NCBI GenBank assembly: GCA_023246355.1
Contig: JAHFIQ010000001.1
Location: 286,247 to 350,246, forward strand
DNA from: Candidatus Uhrbacteria bacterium
GTDB lineage: Bacteria; Patescibacteriota; Patescibacteriia; UBA9934; GWF2-40-263
Direction of reading: 5' to 3'
Length of the DNA: 64,000 bases
Shown here: piece after piece, positions 55,657-64,000 of the stretch
How positions within the stretch are numbered: position 1 is the first letter of the stretch
How the letters are laid out: each line of letters starts with the position of its first letter
The notes under the pieces: generated by a model
The model's input: the letters and a program-made list of their open reading frames with translations, nothing else
What the model was told of the DNA's origin: nothing
Databases searched by the model: none
Position numbers and translations under genes: made by a program

Positions 55657-58281
55657 ATGATCCAACCCACCCTTCTCGTTCTAGACGGCAATGCCCTTTT
55701 GCATCGCGCCTGGCATGCGATTCCTCCTCTCACAACCAAGGATGGGCTTGTTGTGAATGCAGTCTATGGATTTGCGATGGTCGTGGAAAAAATGCTCGAG
55801 GTGCACAAGCCTAGCGCCATGGCTGTTGCTTGGGATCTGCCTGGGGAAACGTTTCGCCACAAACTGTACGTGGAGTACAAGGCACAGCGAGAGAAAAAAG
55901 AACAAGAGTTATACGATCAGATTCCGATCATTCAAAACATGTTGATGGCGTTTGGAATTCCATCGGTGAGTGCAGAAGGATTCGAGGCCGATGACGTCAT
56001 CGGGACCCTTGCACGTGAAGCCGCAGAGAAACAGTTTCACACATTGATCGTGACCGGCGACCTTGACGCACTCCAGCTCGTGGACAACAACACCCACGTC
56101 TTGTTTTTCCAAAAAGGCATCAGTGAGACCAAACTCTATGACGAGGCTGCCGTCACACAACGGTACGGTCTCTCACCGTCTCAGCTCATTGACTACAAAG
56201 CTCTGCGGGGAGACCCGAGTGATAATTTGCCCGGCATTGCCGGCATTGGTGAGAAGACCGCCACGGATTTGTTGCAGCGCTATCAGAGTATTGAAGGAAT
56301 TTTTCACGCGCTTCCTGAGATCGAAGAAAAATTTGCCAAGAAACTGCGAGGGCAGGAAACACAGGTGGAGGCCTCCAAGGTGTTGGTGACGATTGTGAGA
56401 GACGTCAAAACTGGTTTTGACTGGAAGCAGGCCACGCTACACGAGATCGACTGGTCGCGTGTGCTGCCGATCTATCGTGAGCTCGAGTTTCGGACACTGA
56501 TAAAAAAGCATACGGTAGATTCTGGTGGTAGCCGCGGGCTTCAGCCCGCGTCCGAAAAACCGACCAGTCGCGTACAGATTGTTCGGGACATCGCTGAGCT
56601 ACAGCGCAGGCTCACGCCTGCGGCTACCAATACGATTGGGATCCTTATCGCTGAGCAGCAGCCGGATTTATTTGGCGCGACGACAGCGGCTGCAGCTATT
56701 TCGGATGGCTCACAAACATTTGTCCTCATGAATCCAACCAAGGATGCGCTCCGTGAGATCCAAAAGATTCTCTCAGCAGCCCATCTTGTCATCACGCATG
56801 ACCTCAAGCATCTCACGCATCAGCTTGGGGAGACGATTTCCACGCCAGCTTTCGATACAATGATCGCGTCGTACTTGCTTTTTGCTGGCACCAGGTCCCA
56901 TGATCTTGCTTCCGTTGCACACAAAGCCCTTGGTCGCACGATTGCCGATCTGCCTCTCACCTTTGCCAAAGAAAAAGATTACGAGACCCTTGGATCTGTT
57001 GCCGCGACCCTTCCTGAGCTTGCCCAATCAATGCGTGGTGAGTTGGAGAAGGCAACGCTCACAAACATTTTTGATGAAATAGAAATGCCTTTGATTCCTG
57101 TGCTCTACAGAATGGAGCAGGAAGGTATTCAACTGGATACACAGAGTCTTGCGGCGTTTTCTTTGACGCTCACACATCGGATCGATGCGTTAACACAGAA
57201 GATCCACAATGCCGCAGGCGTTGAGTTTAACATCCATTCCCCTTCTCAACTTGCAGAGGTGCTGTTTGAGACCATGAAGTTGCCGACCAAAGGGATTAAA
57301 AAAACAAAGTCAGGATTTTCTACGGCCGCGCCAGAGCTCGAGAAACTCTGGGAGGTTCATGAAATCATTCCTTTGTTATCTGAATATCGAGAGCTGACCA
57401 AATTACAGTCGACGTATGTGGAAGCTCTGCCGAAGTTGGTTCACAAAGACGGTCGGGTACACACAAGCTACAACCAAACCGTTGCGGCCACGGGGCGACT
57501 TTCTTCCTCTGATCCAAATTTACAAAACATTCCGATTAAAACAGAACTCGGTCGCGAGATTCGGAAAGCATTTGTGGCTCCCAAGGGAAAACGTTTGCTG
57601 GCGCTCGACTATTCACAAATCGAGTTGCGGCTCGCTGCTGTGATTGCCAAAGACAAACCCTTCATTACCGCCTTCCAAGAAGGAGCGGACATTCATACAC
57701 GCACCGCTGCTGAGGTCTGGGATGTTTCCGAGGATCAGGTCACAAAAGATCAACGTCGTGCGGCCAAGGCGATCAACTTTGGCATTTTGTACGGCATGGG
57801 ACCGCGCAGTCTGTCGCGATCGACCGGGCTCTCGATGGAAGAAGCCAAACAGTTTATTGATCGGTATTTTGACATTCATCACGCGATTCGTGACTATCTT
57901 GATCAAACCAAAATGAAAGCTCACACAGATGGTTATGTCGAAACCTTGTTTGGACGTCGACGGTATTTACCAGAAATTCAATCTGGTGTGCCAATGCTCA
58001 TCGCAGCCGCAGAGCGTATGGCGATCAACATGCCTGTGCAAGGGACAGCAGCAGACATTATGAAAATGGCCATGCTGCGGGTGGCCGGGTGGCTTTCAAA
58101 AAGTCAGTGGCCGGCCAAGATGCTTCTCCAAGTCCATGACGAGCTTGTGCTGGAGTGTGAGAAAGACGCGGTGGAAGCCGTGGCCAAAGGCGTGAAAGAG
58201 ATGATGGAAAGCGTTGCGAGTTTTGACGTGCCACTTGTGGTGGATGTGGAGGTTGGCAAAAATTGGGGCGAGATGGAATAA
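55657..58281 (+). CDS. polA: DNA polymerase I
   Basis: LDGNALLHRAWH, EADDVIGT, TGRLSSSDPNLQNIP, DYSQIELR, KAINFG..YG, QVHDEL. Confidence 0.98.
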   Translation: MIQPTLLVLDGNALLHRAWHAIPPLTTKDGLVVNAVYGFAMVVEKMLEVHKPSAMAVAWDLPGETFRHKLYVEYKAQREKKEQELYDQIPIIQNMLMAFGIPSVSAEGFEADDVIGTLAREAAEKQFHTLIVTGDLDALQLVDNNTHVLFFQKGISETKLYDEAAVTQRYGLSPSQLIDYKALRGDPSDNLPGIAGIGEKTATDLLQRYQSIEGIFHALPEIEEKFAKKLRGQETQVEASKVLVTIVRDVKTGFDWKQATLHEIDWSRVLPIYRELEFRTLIKKHTVDSGGSRGLQPASEKPTSRVQIVRDIAELQRRLTPAATNTIGILIAEQQPDLFGATTAAAAISDGSQTFVLMNPTKDALREIQKILSAAHLVITHDLKHLTHQLGETISTPAFDTMIASYLLFAGTRSHDLASVAHKALGRTIADLPLTFAKEKDYETLGSVAATLPELAQSMRGELEKATLTNIFDEIEMPLIPVLYRMEQEGIQLDTQSLAAFSLTLTHRIDALTQKIHNAAGVEFNIHSPSQLAEVLFETMKLPTKGIKKTKSGFSTAAPELEKLWEVHEIIPLLSEYRELTKLQSTYVEALPKLVHKDGRVHTSYNQTVAATGRLSSSDPNLQNIPIKTELGREIRKAFVAPKGKRLLALDYSQIELRLAAVIAKDKPFITAFQEGADIHTRTAAEVWDVSEDQVTKDQRRAAKAINFGILYGMGPRSLSRSTGLSMEEAKQFIDRYFDIHHAIRDYLDQTKMKAHTDGYVETLFGRRRYLPEIQSGVPMLIAAAERMAINMPVQGTAADIMKMAMLRVAGWLSKSQWPAKMLLQVHDELVLECEKDAVEAVAKGVKEMMESVASFDVPLVVDVEVGKNWGEME

Positions 58282-58311
58282 AAAAACGCCCCGACAAGCC
58301 AGGGCGCTTTT

Positions 58312-59067
58312 TTAGTTAAGCTCAATGTCGATGTCGGTGTCAGAATCTGAGCGAAGAGAGTCGTCTACGTTTAGATCGGTTTGTGTGTCCGAGTCCGCTT
58401 GGACTTCATCCTCTGGTTCTGCTTCTACATCTGCGTCTGTCTCCACTTTGGTTTCTTCCTCCACGACAATTCCCATATGAAGGAGTTGTTCAGCCTTGGC
58501 TTCCAGGTACGCATCAATGTGTCCCTCTACGCTTGCCGCGGCTGTTAGGTTCCCCTTGGCTTCTAGCTCACTGGCCACGCGGTGGGCATTTTCAAGATGG
58601 GTATCGATCTGTTCTTCAATGTGCATTTGTGCATCTGGATTCAACTGTCCTGACGCCTCTAGTTCCACGGCTTCTTGTGCTCTACGGTCAGCTTGTTCGA
58701 TCTCCCACTCTGCCTGTGATTGTGAATCGATGGTGAGAGCAGAGCGAAATCCTTCGTTCACATGAATTTTGACTGGGTAGAGAAAGTCACCAGGAATAGA
58801 GGACTCTGCAGCGACGACGGTTCCAACACCGACAAAGATACTCATGAGTATGGCTAAGATTGGCATAGGGATGAATGTTAGTGAATGAGCGCATGAGAGA
58901 AAGGTCGCTAGCAAACCCTTCTGTGGTATAGGACGCTCAGGGGGCCGGTTTCTTACCGGGTGTATTTTCACTGTATGCAAAAGAATTTGTCGAATTTCTT
59001 CTTTTCGATTCTGTTTTAGAGAGATATCTCGTAGGTCTTTGAGATGATTTATGCGTAGGCGGCCCAT
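58312..59067 (-). CDS. Anti-sigma-like membrane protein with DUF5667-like domain
   Basis: Overlaps the ECF sigma stop; TM then AESSIPGDFLYPVKI..NE. Confidence 0.75.
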   Translation of the reverse strand: MGRLRINHLKDLRDISLKQNRKEEIRQILLHTVKIHPVRNRPPERPIPQKGLLATFLSCAHSLTFIPMPILAILMSIFVGVGTVVAAESSIPGDFLYPVKIHVNEGFRSALTIDSQSQAEWEIEQADRRAQEAVELEASGQLNPDAQMHIEEQIDTHLENAHRVASELEAKGNLTAAASVEGHIDAYLEAKAEQLLHMGIVVEEETKVETDADVEAEPEDEVQADSDTQTDLNVDDSLRSDSDTDIDIELN

Positions 59068-59558
59068 AGGGTTTGAAGGGTTTTTTTGGCGCGGTGGATG
59101 CGCACAGAAATAACATTAGGTGTTTCATCAAGCATCTTGGCAATGTCTCGGGTTGGATAGCCCTCGACAAATCGTAGAATGATCAGTTCACGATCAGACT
59201 CGGAAAGGTTTTTCAGGTGGGAGAAAAGTTCATTGGTCTCAATTTCATGAAAAATGGTTTGCGCATTTTGTCCCTCTGGTTCTTGTCCATGTTCCAGTCT
59301 TTCCTCTATGGAATAGTTTGGTTTTTGCCTGCGTCGGTTATCGACGATGAGATTTCGTGCCACGCGGTAGAGAAACGCTTTTATTGAATCGATGTCTTTC
59401 CCATTGGCAATGTAACTCCATGTTTTGATAAATGTTTCTTGTGTGAGATCCTCGGCCAACGATTGATCGCGTACACGAAACAAGCAATAGCGAAATATTG
59501 CGTCCGCATGGCTCTCGTAGGCCTCAAGAAAAGATTGTTCTGTTCGTGTCATCCCCAT
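59049..59558 (-). CDS. ECF RNA polymerase sigma factor
   Basis: AEDLTQETF, AFLYRVARNLIVD, EIA-like region 4 with VRIHRA. Confidence 0.92.
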   Translation of the reverse strand: MGMTRTEQSFLEAYESHADAIFRYCLFRVRDQSLAEDLTQETFIKTWSYIANGKDIDSIKAFLYRVARNLIVDNRRRQKPNYSIEERLEHGQEPEGQNAQTIFHEIETNELFSHLKNLSESDRELIILRFVEGYPTRDIAKMLDETPNVISVRIHRAKKTLQTLWAAYA

Positions 59559-59627
59559 ACCTCACCAGTATAAGACGGATCAAAGGTTTTTTCCTTACCG
59601 AGTCCTTTCGGGTAAGATATTCCCACT

Positions 59628-60602
59628 ATGCTTATTTTTGTCTACGGTGATGATACGTTCAGAATTCAAGAGAAGGTAAAACAGATGAAAGAGGCGTTCA
59701 AGGTTAAGTTTGACCCCACAGGTTTGAATACTGCCGAGTTTCCCAATGGAGATACAGCAAAATTTGAAGTTGGGGAGGTCATGGGGGCTGTGCGATCGCT
59801 TCCGTTTTTGGGTCAAAAAAGAATGGTCGTGGTACGTGATTTGATTGCTCGTACAAAAAAAACGGATATGGACGTTTGGGAGAAAGGATTTCTTCAGGCA
59901 CCCGAATCCACGATCGTGATTTTTTGGGAGACAGAATCAGTGAAGGATGTCGAAAAGAAACCATTGTTTGTGGCACTCAAAGGAGCTGCAGAGGTTCACA
60001 ACTATCCATTCCCCGAATTGGAGGGAGCGGCACTTGTCCGTTGGACTTCGGAGCGAGTGAAGGCACGAGGAGGATCGATCGATCCGCAGGCTCTCCAGGG
60101 ATTGGCTGATCGTGTCCAAGGAGATTTGTGGCAGATGGATCATGAGATTTCAAAGTTGGTGGCGTATGCCTCTGGCCACGAAATATCGCGGGCTGTGATC
60201 GACGAGCTTGTACCTCTGAGTTTTGAGGAAAAGATTTTTGAGCTGATGGATGCGGTTTCACAAAAGCGAAAAGCTGACGCGATCCGGATGCTCTCAAACG
60301 AACGTTCTGCTGGATCTGATGATCACTACTTGCTCACCATGCTTGGGCGACAGGTCAGGATTTTGCTTGGAGCACGTGCGCTGCTTGATGAGAATCCACG
60401 TGTGACAAAAGAGACGCTTGCTGCAGCACTCAGTGTTCATCCGTTTGTCGCGCAAAAGGTTCTTGCGCAAGCCAAAGGATTTTCTTTCTCGCATCTGAGA
60501 GCCGTGCATGATTTGCTTTTTGAGTTTGACCAACAACTGAAATCCGGCCAGGTCGCGCCAGATATGGCTGTTGATCTCACGGCCGTCAAGATGATGACAT
60601 AA
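59628..60602 (+). CDS. holA: DNA polymerase III delta subunit
   Basis: YGDDTF, SLPFLG.KRMVVV, EISKL, IFELMDA, HPFV..K, D..LKSG. Confidence 0.92.
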   Translation: MLIFVYGDDTFRIQEKVKQMKEAFKVKFDPTGLNTAEFPNGDTAKFEVGEVMGAVRSLPFLGQKRMVVVRDLIARTKKTDMDVWEKGFLQAPESTIVIFWETESVKDVEKKPLFVALKGAAEVHNYPFPELEGAALVRWTSERVKARGGSIDPQALQGLADRVQGDLWQMDHEISKLVAYASGHEISRAVIDELVPLSFEEKIFELMDAVSQKRKADAIRMLSNERSAGSDDHYLLTMLGRQVRILLGARALLDENPRVTKETLAAALSVHPFVAQKVLAQAKGFSFSHLRAVHDLLFEFDQQLKSGQVAPDMAVDLTAVKMMT

Positions 60603-60633
60603 AAAACAGACTCACTCGGAGTCTGTTTTTGTC

Positions 60634-60903
60634 TTACGCCTTTGCAAGGGCGTTTACCTTTTTCATGAGACGGGACTTGTAGCGTGCGACGGCGTTCTTT
60701 TTGAGGACTTTTTTCTGAGCCGCCTTGTCGAGCTTTTTTCCGATCATGCGCACAACCTCGGTGAGCTCGGAGAGCTTCTTTGCATCGACCAATTTTCGGG
60801 CTTTGACACGCAGGGAGTGAATTTCGGCCTTCACGACCTTGTTTCGCTCAGCACGCTTTTTGTTTTGGCGTAGAGCTTTTTCTGCATTTCGTAGATTTGG
60901 CAT
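60634..60903 (-). CDS. rpsT: 30S ribosomal protein S20
   Basis: MPNLRNAEKALRQ, LDKAA.K..LKKN..ARYKSRL. Confidence 0.95.
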   Translation of the reverse strand: MPNLRNAEKALRQNKKRAERNKVVKAEIHSLRVKARKLVDAKKLSELTEVVRMIGKKLDKAAQKKVLKKNAVARYKSRLMKKVNALAKA

Positions 60904-60941
60904 AGGTGGCGATAGTATAGCGGAGGGAGAGATGCTGTCAA

Positions 60942-62060
60942 CTATTCCTCACTTGATGGCAGGATGCCAATCTCGACCAGATCTAGCTGCTTTCCCGAGG
61001 TGCCTGCTGTAATACGGAAGATGTCCTTATCTACTTTTTTCAGCTCCTGGGTTGAGCTGGCGTAGGTTCTTACAGTTGTTTCGAGTTGTTTACCAAGTCG
61101 GTTGTGGTGATCTTCGTAGGCCTTCATGTGTCGCATGAGTTGTTCAGCCTGCTTTTGAATATCCTTGACCGAGTCTTCGATTTGGAGCGCCTTGAGTCCT
61201 AACATGACGGTTTGGAGATAGGCAAAGAATGATGTAGGTGAGACGATCATCACCCCTTTTTTAAATGCATACTCAATCAGGTCATGGTTGTTCACGTTGA
61301 CGGCTCCGACACTGCTACTAATAAGATTGTGGTAGACGCCTTCGGCTGGGACAAACATGAACGAGAAGTTTGTTGTTCCCTTTTCGGGCTGGATATACTT
61401 TGATGTTTCGTCGATGCGAACTTTCACATCCCTTTTGAAATCTCGCTCAAGAAGTTCACGGCGTTCGGGGTCGATTTCCTGTGAGATACGATTATAGTTT
61501 TCAAGAGAAAATTTTGCGTCGATGGGAATAAGCATGTCCTTCACAAAGATGACCGCATCTGGGATGAGAGTTTGTCCGGTTTTTTCGTCGATACCGAGCT
61601 GGTATTGCATCTGATATTGTCCAACTGGCAGAACCTGGCCTAGGAGTGACTCAAGCCAATACTCACCAAGGATTCCGCGTTGCTTCGGGTTTTTGAGAAT
61701 ATTCTCGAGACTCTGGAGCTGGGTTGAGAAACCGAGAACTTGCTTGTTTGTTTCATCAAGCTTTGTGAGCCGCTCCGTCACGTCTCTGATGATTCCTGTT
61801 GTGTGCTGGAAATGATTTTGAAGTGTAGACGATGATTCCTTCAGGTTTGTGACGAGTCGGTCATGCATTGTGTCGAGCTTCTCCTCAACTTCCTTTCTTT
61901 GAGATTGTGTAGAATCGAGGATCTCTTTCCGAAGATCGTTGATAAGTGACAAGAGCGAAGTATCGACTTGCGGAACCGCTGGTGATTTTTTTGTGAGAAA
62001 AAAAACAATCAGACCAACAAGGATTGCGCTTAGCACCGAGAAGAGAATTGTTTCCACCAT
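60942..62060 (-). CDS. rmuC: DNA recombination protein RmuC
   Basis: TM + coiled coil, KQRGILGE, PD...IDAKF, MFVPAEG, VSPT. Confidence 0.92.
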   Translation of the reverse strand: MVETILFSVLSAILVGLIVFFLTKKSPAVPQVDTSLLSLINDLRKEILDSTQSQRKEVEEKLDTMHDRLVTNLKESSSTLQNHFQHTTGIIRDVTERLTKLDETNKQVLGFSTQLQSLENILKNPKQRGILGEYWLESLLGQVLPVGQYQMQYQLGIDEKTGQTLIPDAVIFVKDMLIPIDAKFSLENYNRISQEIDPERRELLERDFKRDVKVRIDETSKYIQPEKGTTNFSFMFVPAEGVYHNLISSSVGAVNVNNHDLIEYAFKKGVMIVSPTSFFAYLQTVMLGLKALQIEDSVKDIQKQAEQLMRHMKAYEDHHNRLGKQLETTVRTYASSTQELKKVDKDIFRITAGTSGKQLDLVEIGILPSSEE

Positions 62061-62148
62061 AATTCTTTGACGCTCGTGTTTTGCTGACGTATCATGGCGT
62101 CGCTCCATCAGTATAGCACGAATTGTAAAGTATTTTACGACACAAGAT

Positions 62149-62224
62149 GTCCCCGTAGCTCAACAGGATAGAGCTATAGCGTCCTAAGCTGGAGATGGGG
62201 GTTCAAGTCCCTCCGGGGACACCA
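62149..62224 (+). tRNA. tRNA-Arg(CCT)
   Basis: GTCCCCG acceptor stem, GT-CCT-AA loop, GGTTCAAGTCC, CCA. Confidence 0.88.
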
Positions 62225-62346
62225 GAAGTTTTGAAAAAAGCGATGCGCTCGTGCTTCGACCTAGAAAGCCCTCATCGTAGCGCTGCTACGACTCGGGGTT
62301 TCCGGTCTTCAGCACTTCGCGTCTCATCTTTTTTCGAAGCTTCTGG
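62222..62346. repeat. Long imperfect palindrome starting at the tRNA-Arg CCA
   Basis: CCAGAAGTTTTGAAAAAAG...CTTTTTTCGAAGCTTCTGG with inner TCGTAGC/GCTACGA arms. Confidence 0.65.
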
Positions 62347-62462
62347 CGGATCATAATGCACGGCGTATCTCGCGCTTTTTGAAGCCAGTTGGATGCAAAT
62401 CGATCCATGTTTATTCAACTGTCTGACTCACGTGTCACTTTACAAAGATTCAAGGCTTGCTC

Positions 62463-62478
62463 TGCTTCACGTGAAACA
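62463..62478. promoter_or_regulatory. parS-like site
   Basis: TGCTTCACGTGAAACA, one mismatch to TGTTTCACGTGAAACA. Confidence 0.65.
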
Positions 62479-62486
62479 AATCTTTT

Positions 62487-63146
62487 ATGGCGATTTCTAA
62501 TCCAGGCTTCCTGCTAGATCTTGACGGGCTGCTGATCAATTCTGAGAGTCTATCTGAAATTGCATTTGAGAAGATGTGCAAAAAATTAGGCTGCGAGTTC
62601 ACCCAGGATTATCATGCCAGTATTCGTGGAACGAAAAAGGAGCTATGGTCTGCCGGCCTTGTGAAAGAGTTTAGTTTAGAGGTTAGTTCGCAGGAGGTCG
62701 CTAAGCTTCACGATGCTCTGTTGCTAAGTGAGATGGATCATTCGGTCAATCTAATGCCAGGTGCAATCGAACTACTGGATTGGATCGATTTTAGGGGATA
62801 TCCAAAAGCGCTTGTGACAAGCTCGGATTCGGTTTACGCGAAGCGATATCTTGAAAAGCTCGGTCTTCTAGAGAGATTTATGATCTTCGTCACAAGTGAA
62901 GACGTTAAAAATGGAAAGCCAGATCCCGAGCCCTATCAGATTGGTGCGCAACGGCTGGAACGAGTGCCTAGTAATTGCATTGTCTTTGAGGATTCTGTAA
63001 ACGGAGCGCTATCGGGCAAGTCATCAGGAGCAACGGTTGTAGCAGTGCCTTCAAGTCCATCAGACAAGGAACGTATGTCTGTTGCCGACTATGTGTTATC
63101 TTCATTACTTGAATCCATTTCAGTGCTTGAAAATTTGGGCCTGTAG
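62487..63146 (+). CDS. HAD-superfamily phosphatase (beta-PGM/CbbY-like)
   Basis: DLDGLLINSE, VTSS, GKPDPEPY, FEDSVNG. Confidence 0.92.
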   Translation: MAISNPGFLLDLDGLLINSESLSEIAFEKMCKKLGCEFTQDYHASIRGTKKELWSAGLVKEFSLEVSSQEVAKLHDALLLSEMDHSVNLMPGAIELLDWIDFRGYPKALVTSSDSVYAKRYLEKLGLLERFMIFVTSEDVKNGKPDPEPYQIGAQRLERVPSNCIVFEDSVNGALSGKSSGATVVAVPSSPSDKERMSVADYVLSSLLESISVLENLGL

Positions 63147-63212
63147 CTCATTTGGTAGAGCGTCGCATTCGCATTGCGAAGGTAAGGGGTTCGATTCCCC
63201 TCAGGTCCACCA
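63137..63212 (+). tRNA. tRNA-Ala(CGC)
   Basis: GGGCCTG/CAGGTCC acceptor stem with G3:U70, TT-CGC-AT loop, CCA. Confidence 0.95.
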
Positions 63213-63412
63213 ACAATAATACCCAGGTATCTGGGTATTATTGTTGGGGAGAGCACAGGCCATTGAGGCCTGTGCGTGGGGAATCGAACGCCGGAGCCAT
63301 GTCCCGCCACAAGGCGGGACGGCGAGGCGGTGGCCAGACCTCGGCGAGCTGGCGAGCCGAGAGTCGCGGCCGATTCCCCTCAGGTCCACCAACAATAATA
63401 CCCAGATATCTG
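63192..63412 (+). repeat. Direct repeat of the tRNA-Ala 3' end (35 bp perfect) around a structured insert
   Basis: CGATTCCCCTCAGGTCCACCAACAATAATACCCAG at 63192 and 63371. Confidence 0.9.
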
Positions 63413-63443
63413 CCCAAAATAACTCAGCAACGCTGAGTTATTT

Positions 63444-63459
63444 TGTTTCACGTGGAACA
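63444..63459. promoter_or_regulatory. parS site
   Basis: TGTTTCACGTGGAACA (reverse complement TGTTCCACGTGAAACA). Confidence 0.8.
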
Positions 63460-63672
63460 AGATCTTTTTTTCGAAAAAAATAGTAGTTTTGACTAATCTA
63501 GCGTGGACAAAATTTGAAAAATGTGGATAAGTTTTCATTTTCGCCTCATTTTCTTTAAAAGATAGGATTTTCAAAGGCAGATTTCCATTTTATCATAATT
63601 AATTTTGCTAATTTTAGCTAATAAATTGATTGACTACTTTTCGTATTCATGATATACTACTTTCGTGAAGGT

Positions 63673-64000
63673 ATGACTAAGCATCATCTGCTCATCGCCT
63701 TTGCTCTTGTGGGGATTTTTGTATATCAGAATGTTGCTCTGGCACAAATGTCCTCCTCGAGCTACCTGATCCGGTGGGATTCTGTGAACACCGGTGGTTC
63801 AGATACGGGTAGCTCGTCCAGTTACCAACTGCGCGACACGGTTGAGTCAGTCGTGGCAGGACGTACATCAAGTTCGTCCTACAACTTAGACCAGGGCTAC
63901 CGTGGCGGAGTTTTCGATCAGGTACTCTCCTTTGATGTGCGGGCTCAGAATTATTCCAGCGTCGTTTCAGCAACAGCTCTTTCATCTCTCACCGTGACCG
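63673..64000 (+). CDS. Secreted/surface protein, N-terminal part (runs off the window edge)
   Basis: Manual translation MTKHHLLIAFALVGIFVYQNVALAQMSSSSYLIRWDSVNTGG...; signal peptide and repeated SSSY motifs. Confidence 0.75.
   Translation, partial: MTKHHLLIAFALVGIFVYQNVALAQMSSSSYLIRWDSVNTGGSDTGSSSSYQLRDTVESVVAGRTSSSSYNLDQGYRGGVFDQVLSFDVRAQNYSSVVSATALSSLTVT

Overview
This looks like the replication-origin region of a small-genome bacterium, most likely Patescibacteria/CPR (inferred from gene content and typical CPR hypothetical families). It carries dnaA-dnaN with DnaA boxes and DnaA-trios, rpmH-rnpA-yidD, tig, glmS, a class A PBP, a liv-type ABC transporter, hppA, comM, pnp-rpsO, a Xer recombinase, polA, holA, rpsT, rmuC, a NifS/NifU Fe-S cluster, five tRNAs and two parS sites. 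The main finding is at 3.9-4.9 kb: a nuclease-less Nop-domain (IS110-related, TasA-like) gene followed by a roughly 52-nt-period array with its own candidate promoter and terminator. The array holds three stem/internal-loop/hairpin units, each with two 9-nt variable segments bounded by CGN and UG, making it a candidate TIGR-Tas-like RNA-guided DNA-binding system. Other leads: an 8-kb island with a MORC/GHKL ATPase, a methyltransferase-like protein and several coiled-coil/HTH proteins; a ~310-nt structured RNA candidate; a divergent RelA/SpoT-like nucleotidyltransferase; tRNA 3'-end duplication elements; and a 32-nt leader shared by tig and dsbA. All calls come from reading the sequence by eye; no database searches were run.
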